Assembly: GCA_964599625.1 (NCBI GenBank)
Contig: CAZRGC010000002.1
Coordinates: 71,883 to 135,882, forward strand
Source of the DNA: an uncultured Gammaproteobacteria bacterium
GTDB taxonomy: Bacteria > Patescibacteriota > Microgenomatia > UBA8517
Length of the DNA stretch: 64,000 bases
Reading direction: 5' to 3'
The notes beneath the pieces are model-generated. The model was not told where the DNA came from. It saw nothing but the letters and a program-made list of their open reading frames with translations, and ran no database searches. Both the position numbers and the translations under genes were made by a program. The stretch's first letter is position 1, and each line of letters opens with the position of its first letter. Positions 39,176 through 46,830 of this stretch are shown here, in pieces.

Positions 39176-41770
39176 ATGGCTAATAAATATAAGCATACAG
39201 AAGTAGAGGGAAAATGGCAACAGAAATGGGAACAGTCAAAGTTATACGAGCCAAATATTAACGCAAAAGACGTTTTCTACAATTTATGGATGTTTCCGTA
39301 CCCCAGTGCCGAAGGGTTGCACGCAGGGCACGCATTTGCCTCTACAGGAAGTGACATATACGGAAGATATATGAGGATGTCTGGGGCCGCTGTTCTGCAG
39401 CCAATAGGCTACGACTCATTTGGCATTCACTCAGAAAATTACGCCATAAAGATTGGCGAAACACCTCAAACAATGCTTGAAAGGACAACCAAGCATTATG
39501 AACAACAGCTCAAAAGCCTTGGTCACGGATACGACTGGACAAGAACAGTGACCACTTCTGATCCAGATTATTATAAATGGACACAGTGGTTATTTAGTGA
39601 AATGTTTAAGGCAGGTCTTGCATACAAAAAGAAGGCCTCAGTCAACTTTTGCCCCTCGTGCAAGACAGTCCTGGCCGACGAGCAGGTTATGAGCCCCAAA
39701 GAAGCCGGAAAGGACCCTAAAGATAAAGATGGCAATCCTGTTGAAGCGACACCTGACACAAGAGTCTGCGAAAGATGTGGCACTGTTGTTGAGAAAAAAG
39801 ACTTGGACCAGTGGTTTGCAAGGATAACAGACTACGCAGACAGACTTTTGAATGGTTTGGAAACAATTGATTGGAGTGAAAGAGTCGTTATTGCACAACG
39901 CGAGTGGATAGGAAAAAAGGCAGGTGTAACAGTTAGACACAAAGTGATTAATTCCGATATAGTTCTTGAAGCCTTTAGCGCTTACCCAGCATGGCTATAT
40001 GCAGATACTTTTCTTGTAATTGCACCAACTCATCCAAAAGTGGTCGAACTGGTTAAAGGTTCCGAGTATGAGGCCGACGTCATGGCTTTTGTAAAAGAAA
40101 GTCAGATGCCTCTTTCTAACGAAGAAAAAGCAAAAAAAGAAAAGAATGGAATATTTACAGGAAGATACGCTCATGATCCTTTGACAGGGAGGGAATTTCC
40201 AATATGGCTGGCAAACTTTGCTTTGATGGATTTTGGCACAGGTATTATTCGATGCTCGTCACATGATCCTCGTGACTATGAATTTGCAAAAAAATATGAC
40301 ATTGCCATCGAAGAGATAGTAGACAGAGTCGATCCCGATATACCTGTAAATGCACATACAAATACCGGCAAGCTTAAAAACTCAGGCCCATTCACAGGGA
40401 GATTGATAGATACAGGTCTAATTTCTGATGTAACTAACTTCATTTCTCAGAAAAGCTTTGGTGAAACACGCACTACATACCATCTTCGTGATTGGCTGGT
40501 CAGCCGTCAGAGATATTGGGGTGCACCCATACCTATGATCTATTGTGATGCCTGTAAAGAAAAAGGTGTAAGTTGGCTTACCAAAAATAAGCCTTCGCAA
40601 CACACCGATAGCTCTGATTGGGATCATTTTGGTTGGTGGCCAGAAGAGTCTTTGCCTGTAACACTACCGGAAATGAAAGATTACCAGCCGGAAGGAACGG
40701 GGAGTGGTCCGTTGAGTCATCATCCGGAGTTTTACAAAACAAAATGTCCTCACTGCGGAAACGATGCTGTCAGGGAAACCGATGTTATGGACACTTTTGT
40801 GGATTCATCCTGGTATTTCCTGCGTTATCCTTCGACTCGCGCAGAGTCAGCAAATAAATATGCTTTTGATAAGAAGATAACGGAGTCCTGGCTTCCTGTT
40901 AGCCTTTATTTTGGAGGTGCAGAGCATTCCGTACTGCACCTTATGTATGCAAGGTTTGTGACCATGGTGATGCATGACAGGGGTCATATTAACTTTGATG
41001 AACCTTTCCCAAGGTTTTTTGCACACGGTCTAATGATCAAGGATGGTGCCAAAATGAGCAAGAGCAGGGGCAATGTGGTTAATCCCGACGAATACGTCGC
41101 CAAGTTTGGAGCTGACACACTTAGGCTTTATGTCATGTTTATGGGGCCTATGGATGGGTCTCCGGACTTTAGAGACACGGGGATCGAAGGCATGGCCAGA
41201 TTTGTGGGACGGCTTTGGAAGCTTTTTACCGATCATAAAGATTTTGCTGTATCTGAAAGCGATGGTAGAGAGATAACAAGCAAGCTCCATAAGACCATTG
41301 GCCAAGTAACAGAAGATGTGTCTAATTTTAAGTATAATACAGCCATAGCTAGCCTCATGGAACTTGTGAATGTTTTGTATTCAAAAATCCCTCAGGGATC
41401 AGAAAAAACATCCGAAGGAACATTCGAACCTTGGCAGAATGCCCTGACAAATCTTTGTTTACTTCTGGCACCTTTTGCACCACACTTGGCCGAAGAGGTT
41501 TGGGTGGAAATTTTGGGAAGAGAATTTAGTGTCCATACTTCACCTTGGCCTGTTTACAACAAGGATCTGGTAAAAACTGACACTGCGACAGTTGTTATTC
41601 AGGTAAACGGAAAGGTGCGTGCCTCGCTGCAGGTAACCCCTGAGGTTGCAATGAACGAAACCAAAGTATTTGATTTGGCACAAAAGGACCAAAACGCTTC
41701 AAAGTGGATTACAGGTGAAGTCAAAAAGCAAATATTCATCCCGGGCAAACTTCTCAATTTGGTCGTATAA
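39176..41770 (+). CDS. leuS: Leucine--tRNA ligase
   Basis: MFPYPSAEGLHAGH (HIGH), LRDWLVSRQRYWG, MDTFVDSSWYF, GGAEHSVLHL, KMSKSRGN, QVNGKVR. Confidence 0.97.
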   Translation: MANKYKHTEVEGKWQQKWEQSKLYEPNINAKDVFYNLWMFPYPSAEGLHAGHAFASTGSDIYGRYMRMSGAAVLQPIGYDSFGIHSENYAIKIGETPQTMLERTTKHYEQQLKSLGHGYDWTRTVTTSDPDYYKWTQWLFSEMFKAGLAYKKKASVNFCPSCKTVLADEQVMSPKEAGKDPKDKDGNPVEATPDTRVCERCGTVVEKKDLDQWFARITDYADRLLNGLETIDWSERVVIAQREWIGKKAGVTVRHKVINSDIVLEAFSAYPAWLYADTFLVIAPTHPKVVELVKGSEYEADVMAFVKESQMPLSNEEKAKKEKNGIFTGRYAHDPLTGREFPIWLANFALMDFGTGIIRCSSHDPRDYEFAKKYDIAIEEIVDRVDPDIPVNAHTNTGKLKNSGPFTGRLIDTGLISDVTNFISQKSFGETRTTYHLRDWLVSRQRYWGAPIPMIYCDACKEKGVSWLTKNKPSQHTDSSDWDHFGWWPEESLPVTLPEMKDYQPEGTGSGPLSHHPEFYKTKCPHCGNDAVRETDVMDTFVDSSWYFLRYPSTRAESANKYAFDKKITESWLPVSLYFGGAEHSVLHLMYARFVTMVMHDRGHINFDEPFPRFFAHGLMIKDGAKMSKSRGNVVNPDEYVAKFGADTLRLYVMFMGPMDGSPDFRDTGIEGMARFVGRLWKLFTDHKDFAVSESDGREITSKLHKTIGQVTEDVSNFKYNTAIASLMELVNVLYSKIPQGSEKTSEGTFEPWQNALTNLCLLLAPFAPHLAEEVWVEILGREFSVHTSPWPVYNKDLVKTDTATVVIQVNGKVRASLQVTPEVAMNETKVFDLAQKDQNASKWITGEVKKQIFIPGKLLNLVV

Positions 41771-41815
41771 CAAACTCTTGTTGCAACCCTTAGTAAAAGG
41801 GAATTAAATTAATTT

Positions 41816-42445
41816 ATGGAAGGTTCTCGTTTTGATGAACTTCTTTATAAATACAGAACACCTTTGACGGTATTTGCAGTTGGGGCTATTGTAATCGGTC
41901 TGGGAATAATTTTTTTGAAAAGCGGCATAGTAGGCCCCGAGACAAAAATAGAAGTTCTGAACGGTACTACATTACCGCAGGCGGGTAGTGTGATTACTGC
42001 GGAGATTGCTGGGCAAGTTGTTAACCCCGGCGTTTATAAGTTAACATCCGATAGTAGAATAGATGACCTATTGATTGCGTCAGGTGGGCTTTCTGTTGAT
42101 GCCGATAGGGAATGGACTGCAAAAAATCTCAACAGGGCAGCCAAATTATCCGACGGACAAAAAGTATATATTCCCCAAATCAACGAGCAGTCAAATGTCT
42201 TGAGTGCTAAAGTTAATGGTGGGGATCAAACTGCATCATCGGTAAATTTATCCGATAGTAACAGTTTGATCAATATCAATGGAGCAAGCCTTGCAGAATT
42301 AGATAAGTTACCGGGAATTGGCCCTGCATACGGCCAAAACATAATTGATCACAGACCTTACTCAAACATAGAAGAGCTGCTTTCCAAAGGTGTTCTAAAG
42401 AAAAATGTTTACGAAAAGATTAAAAACCTCATCTCCGTTTATTAA
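41816..42445 (+). CDS. comEA: Competence DNA receptor ComEA (TM + SLBB + HhH)
   Basis: GQVVNPGVY, LNRAAKLSDGQKVYIP, ININGASLAELDKLPGIGP. Confidence 0.93.
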   Translation: MEGSRFDELLYKYRTPLTVFAVGAIVIGLGIIFLKSGIVGPETKIEVLNGTTLPQAGSVITAEIAGQVVNPGVYKLTSDSRIDDLLIASGGLSVDADREWTAKNLNRAAKLSDGQKVYIPQINEQSNVLSAKVNGGDQTASSVNLSDSNSLININGASLAELDKLPGIGPAYGQNIIDHRPYSNIEELLSKGVLKKNVYEKIKNLISVY

Positions 42446-43541
42446 GATAAATTATTTTACAATCAACAAAAATAAAGCCTGGGAATTTATCATTTTTGCA
42501 GTTCTTTTTATTGCAGTTTTATTTAGGATTGTTTTTTACCGGAGTCCTATTCCCGAAGGCACTCAAGTTAGGGTTACAACAACGGTTTTATCAGATCCTA
42601 TAAAATATGATAATTCTCAGTATTTTAAAATTGTTGGGACAAAAATTTACTTACCGTTATTCCCGGAAATAAACTATGGTGACAGGATAATTATGGAGGG
42701 CGAGGTAAAAGCAGGGATATTGAAAAACGCAAAACTTATTAGTATTTTTCCTCAGGGACAAAGTTTATTTATAGTTCGCAAAAAAATAATCGAAGTTTAC
42801 CAAAAATCACTTCCGGAACCATACGCCGGACTAACGGCCGGAGTCGTTCTGGGAGACAAGGGTGCACTAACTTCTGATTTTTGGGAACAAGTAAGAACTG
42901 CGGGCGTTGCTCATGTGGTTGTGGCTTCCGGGACAAATATCACTTTTGTTGTTTCCTTTTTATTGGCTTTCACTGCACTGTTCAATAAACGCAAAGTAAT
43001 GATGCCTTTTGTTATATTTGGAATACTTTTGTATATATCAATCTCAGGTTTTCAGCCGCCAATTATTCGTGCGGGTTTGATGTCTCTTACGCTATTATCA
43101 GGCCAAATATTGGGAAGGGCCACAAACCCGTGGAGAGTACTAATTATTACAGCCTGTGCAATGTTGTTGTTTAGTCCCGAGTGGGCGGGTGACATTGGGT
43201 TTATTCTTTCATTTGCCTCGACTGCGTCGTTGATGATATTTGAAAGGAAAGTTGCAAAATTTTTTGTGAGACTACCTTCGGGGTTTAGAGAAGGTTTGAC
43301 AACCAGTATCGCAGCCCAAATCGGTGTTGCCCCGATACTCTTTGTTACATTTGGAGAGTTTTATATATTGTCTCCACTGGTCAATGCGTTGGTTTTGTGG
43401 ACTGTACCTTTTATAATGGTCTTTGGTTCGTTGGCTGGAGTAATCGGGCTTGTATCTTTGCCATTGGGGAAGTTTATACTTGTTTTGGGTTACCCCTTCG
43501 TGTTTTGGTTTGTTAAGATAACCCAACTGTTTGCAGGATGA
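42405..43541 (+). CDS. comEC: ComEC/Rec2 competence membrane domain protein
   Basis: GVAHVVVASGTNI, PPIIRA, DIGFILSF, QIGVAPI, NALV. Confidence 0.92.
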   Translation: MFTKRLKTSSPFIKINYFTINKNKAWEFIIFAVLFIAVLFRIVFYRSPIPEGTQVRVTTTVLSDPIKYDNSQYFKIVGTKIYLPLFPEINYGDRIIMEGEVKAGILKNAKLISIFPQGQSLFIVRKKIIEVYQKSLPEPYAGLTAGVVLGDKGALTSDFWEQVRTAGVAHVVVASGTNITFVVSFLLAFTALFNKRKVMMPFVIFGILLYISISGFQPPIIRAGLMSLTLLSGQILGRATNPWRVLIITACAMLLFSPEWAGDIGFILSFASTASLMIFERKVAKFFVRLPSGFREGLTTSIAAQIGVAPILFVTFGEFYILSPLVNALVLWTVPFIMVFGSLAGVIGLVSLPLGKFILVLGYPFVFWFVKITQLFAG

Positions 43542-44416
43542 AAAGGTTTAAATATTTCTTTATACTTCTCACCTTTATTTTGATATTGGTTGCCATATTT
43601 GCTTTTTCAATTCCCGGCGCCAAACTTCGGGTGATTGCCTGTGATGTAGGGCAAGGTGATGCCATACTTGTAACATACAAAAATATCCAAATACTCACCG
43701 ACGGTGGCCCTGGAAATTCTGTTATCTCTTGTCTGGGGAGATACATACCGTTTTGGGATAGAACAATAGAGCTAGTTGTATCAACACATCCAGACGCCGA
43801 TCACTCAACGGGACTAGTGGAAGTCTTAAAAAGATACACCGTGGCTAATATATTAATAAATCCTATCGATTCTGGCACTCAAACAATTAAAGCGCTAGAA
43901 AAACAGGTGGGGAGTAAAGGTATCACCCAAATAAAACCCCAAGATGGTCAAAGTATTGTGTTAGGTTTGATACGTTTAGACATAGTTAACCCATCCATGG
44001 GCCAAGTACTTGGTTTGGATACATTTGCAGAGGAAAGTGACTTGGGATATTTTAAACCAGTAGACCCAACCAACGATTACTCCATTTCATACGTACTTAG
44101 ATTTGGAAATTTCAGCGGTTTGTTTACTGGGGATATAGGAAACGATGTTTCTGACAGAATTGCTGAATACCCGGGAATTGACAATGTCGACTATATCAAA
44201 ATACCTCATCATGGTTCTAAGAATGGAACCACCGAAAATCTCCTCAAAAGTTTTATGCCTAAAGTTGCGGTAATAAGTGTTGGTAAAAATAGCTACGGAC
44301 ATCCAAATAGGCAGATCCTGGATTTACTTAACAAATACGGAGTAACTACATATAGAACAGATTCATTGGGGGATGTGATATTGGAAACTGATGGAAAGAA
44401 GTGGGGTATAAAGTGA
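43538..44416 (+). CDS. ComEC-associated metallo-beta-lactamase fold protein
   Basis: DVGQGDA, THPDADHSTG, FTGD, KIPHHGSKNG, YGHP, YRTD; ATGA overlap with comEC. Confidence 0.92.
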   Translation: MKRFKYFFILLTFILILVAIFAFSIPGAKLRVIACDVGQGDAILVTYKNIQILTDGGPGNSVISCLGRYIPFWDRTIELVVSTHPDADHSTGLVEVLKRYTVANILINPIDSGTQTIKALEKQVGSKGITQIKPQDGQSIVLGLIRLDIVNPSMGQVLGLDTFAEESDLGYFKPVDPTNDYSISYVLRFGNFSGLFTGDIGNDVSDRIAEYPGIDNVDYIKIPHHGSKNGTTENLLKSFMPKVAVISVGKNSYGHPNRQILDLLNKYGVTTYRTDSLGDVILETDGKKWGIK

Positions 44417-44418
44417 TA

Positions 44419-44456
44419 TGCCGGACAGCGTATTTCAAAAAGTTGACTGTCCGGCA
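44419..44456. terminator. Hairpin after the com operon, probable (bidirectional) terminator
   Basis: TGCCGGACAG (44419-44428) / CTGTCCGGCA (44447-44456), perfect 10-bp stem just after the stop; weak U-tract. Confidence 0.55.
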
Positions 44457-44521
44457 AAGGATTAGGGCATTACTTGTTGGTAGTAGATGTACACTCCGAT
44501 TGCAAACCCCATCCTCTTTTT

Positions 44522-44623
44522 TCATTTGCCAAAGTATGTGAACCCAAAGTTCAAAAATATAACAATGAACACAAGCGTCCCCATGACAAGGGCTAAAAGT
44601 GGTAACAAATTGCGTTTCTTCAT
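44522..44623 (-). CDS. Small 33-aa single-TM peptide (not in ORF track)
   Basis: MKKRNLLPLLALVMGTLVFIVIFLNFGFTYFGK; GGAG 4 nt upstream of ATG; strong promoter upstream. Confidence 0.5.
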   Translation of the reverse strand: MKKRNLLPLLALVMGTLVFIVIFLNFGFTYFGK

Positions 44624-44684
44624 TTTGCTCCAAAAAGTGCGAGTGCTAAAAAGTATAATTTGGTAATATAACTAACCTATAGTT

Positions 44685-44713
44685 ATTATATCACGCATAG
44701 TCAAATAAATCAA
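44685..44713 (-). promoter_or_regulatory. Strong sigma70 promoter with extended -10
   Basis: Minus strand TTGATT-17 nt-TATAAT with TGn extension. Confidence 0.65.
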
Positions 44714-44884
44714 GGCAGATATGGTAATGCCGAAATTGAGTCTGTTTTGTGCCTGCGAAATGAGGCAAAATCTAAGAATCTGAGCGCTTTTGTGCCTGAC
44801 ATTACTTCCTCCAACTCAGGCGTGAATTGTGGGTTTGGATAGTGGTACAATGAGCCTATACTCAAGAAAGTCGAGTTATGAAAT

Positions 44885-46546
44885 ATGCTAAAAGATTTAT
44901 CTGACAAAGTTTCGCAGGTTTTGGGAATGGAGGCTGTTTTAGCTCGCACAGACGATCTGTCGTTTGGTGACTTTTCGACCAATATCGCTATGGTTAACGC
45001 CAAAAAAGAAGGCGTTAATCCCAGAGAGCTTGCGGCAAAGTATAAAGAAAAGCTTGAAAAGGACCAGGAGCTCAGCATTTATTTCGAGAAAATAGAAGTT
45101 GCCGGGCCTGGATTTATAAATTTTTATTTGAACAGAGACTTTGTGGCCAAAGAGGTTTTTGACGGATTAAAACAATCACTCGCTTACGGCAATTCAGACT
45201 CGTTAAAAGGAAAGAAAATTGTTTATGAATATGCCCATCCAAATACACACAAAGCTTTCCATATCGGCCATCTGAGAAATATAACCACCGGTGAAGCACT
45301 GTCGCGCTTAACCCAAAGCCAGGGCGCTGAAGTTGCCCGTGTAAATTACCAGGGCGATGTAGGTTTGCATATTGCAAAGGCTTTGTGGGGCATTTTGGAC
45401 ACTGGCTTTGCCGATCCCGGAGATATTCATGCGCGTGCCGAATATCTTGGGAAGACCTACGCACATGGGGCTACAAAGTATGAGGAAGATGAATCCGTAA
45501 AAAGTGAGATAGACAAAATAAACGTTAAGATTTACGACAAGTCCGACGAAGAAATAAACAAACTCTACAAAGAGACCAGACAGTGGAGTCTTGATTACTT
45601 TAGTTCTATTTACGATAGGGTTTACACTGGTTTTGATAGACTGTATTTTGAGAGTGAGTGTGCCGAAAGTGGTAAAGAGATAGCACTTAAAGCTCTAAAG
45701 GATGGAATCTTCAAGGAAAGCGAAGGTGCAGTAATATTTCCCGGGTCAGAATATGGACTGCATGACAGGGTGTTTGTAACAGGCAAAGGTGTCCCTACCT
45801 ATGAAGGTAAGGATTTGGGACTTGCCAAACTCCAGTTTGCGGAACAAAACCCGGACCTTCTTATACACACAGTTGGGCCGGAACAAAAAGAGTACTTCAA
45901 AGTTATATTCAAAGCTTTGGAAATGATAATGCCGGAAACCAAGGGTCGCGAGGTTCATGTACCCTACGGTTGGGTAAGGCTCAAAGAAGGAAAGATGAGC
46001 TCCAGAACTGGAAATGTTGTTTTGGGTGAATGGCTTTTGGATGAGGCTAAAAGTTCTATTAAGAAATCTTTTGATACAGATGATGATGCTGCAGAAATAA
46101 TTGCCGTTGCGGCCGTAAAGTACTCTTTCTTGAGAAATGGTTTAGCCCAAGATATAGCTTTTGATATAAAAGAATCAATTTCTTTGGAAGGCAACTCCGG
46201 ACCTTACCTTCAATACACCTACGCAAGGTGCAAAAGTGTTCTGAGGAAGGCTGATTATGAACCAGGAACAATTGACACAAAAGGCATAAACGAGGCTGAA
46301 ATGCCAATTGTAAAGTCTATTGCAGGTTTTTCTGACATCGTACAGTCTTCTGCGTTTAATTATTCGCCTAATACACTCTGTAATTATTTATTTGATCTTG
46401 CTCAGAAATATAACGGGTTTTATAACACTAATAAGATAATAGGTTCGGATAACGAGGCTGAAAGATTGTTTGTTACTTATGCAGTATCTCATGTGATCAA
46501 AAATGGACTCAAACTTTTGGGGATAAAGACTCTGGAGAGGATGTAG
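44885..46546 (+). CDS. argS: Arginine--tRNA ligase
   Basis: FGDFSTN, AGPGFINF, HPNTHKAFHIGHLRN, KMSSRTGN, GNSGPYLQYTYAR, LGI..LERM. Confidence 0.97.
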   Translation: MLKDLSDKVSQVLGMEAVLARTDDLSFGDFSTNIAMVNAKKEGVNPRELAAKYKEKLEKDQELSIYFEKIEVAGPGFINFYLNRDFVAKEVFDGLKQSLAYGNSDSLKGKKIVYEYAHPNTHKAFHIGHLRNITTGEALSRLTQSQGAEVARVNYQGDVGLHIAKALWGILDTGFADPGDIHARAEYLGKTYAHGATKYEEDESVKSEIDKINVKIYDKSDEEINKLYKETRQWSLDYFSSIYDRVYTGFDRLYFESECAESGKEIALKALKDGIFKESEGAVIFPGSEYGLHDRVFVTGKGVPTYEGKDLGLAKLQFAEQNPDLLIHTVGPEQKEYFKVIFKALEMIMPETKGREVHVPYGWVRLKEGKMSSRTGNVVLGEWLLDEAKSSIKKSFDTDDDAAEIIAVAAVKYSFLRNGLAQDIAFDIKESISLEGNSGPYLQYTYARCKSVLRKADYEPGTIDTKGINEAEMPIVKSIAGFSDIVQSSAFNYSPNTLCNYLFDLAQKYNGFYNTNKIIGSDNEAERLFVTYAVSHVIKNGLKLLGIKTLERM

Positions 46547-46679
46547 AGACTTCTTTTGATTTTTCTTCTGGAGCGCTATTCAACCACACAACTTGACCCT
46601 GGTGTGTTGTTTCTCTAACAACGTCTGCAGGAAAGGGCTCGACCTTCATTTCGTTTTGCCCAGAAATTTCGATTGACAT
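46509..46679 (-). CDS. Small 56-aa hypothetical protein, leaderless (not in ORF track)
   Basis: MSIEISGQNEMKVEPFPADVVRETTHQGQVVWLNSAPEEKSKEVSTSSPESLSPKV; ATG 6 nt below a -10 box. Confidence 0.45.
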   Translation of the reverse strand: MSIEISGQNEMKVEPFPADVVRETTHQGQVVWLNSAPEEKSKEVSTSSPESLSPKV

Positions 46680-46685
46680 AACAAC

Positions 46686-46714
46686 AATCTACAACTTGAA
46701 ATTTTGCTTGTCAA
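46686..46714 (-). promoter_or_regulatory. Sigma70 promoter
   Basis: Minus strand TTGACA-17 nt-TAGATT. Confidence 0.6.
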
Positions 46715-46781
46715 ACCATTGCCAAAAACACTAAAAGGGGCTTGCGTTTTTCACGAAATAATAAGTAAATAAGTATGTTGC

Positions 46782-46815
46782 AAAGTTGGACATTTGAATA
46801 TAAATGTCCAAGTTT
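46782..46815. promoter_or_regulatory. Dyad (candidate operator) upstream of the HTH-headed giant gene
   Basis: AAAGTTGGACATTT-N6-AAATGTCCAAGTTT; perfect 10-bp inner arms. Confidence 0.5.
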
Positions 46816-46830
46816 ATAAAACACTGCCCA

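Noticed and set aside
42405-44416. Split comEC as a pseudogene
   Set aside because: Both parts are intact with an ATGA overlap and the MBL has its own N-terminal anchor; two-gene ComEC is a common arrangement
44522-44524. TGA recoding (genetic code 25 or 4)
   Set aside because: Several clear genes end in TGA (e.g. 16101, 44416) and long ORFs are uninterrupted under code 11
44346-44633. 95-aa minus ORF from the track
   Set aside because: Overlaps the MBL gene and hairpin; the 33-aa ORF in another frame has the better start context
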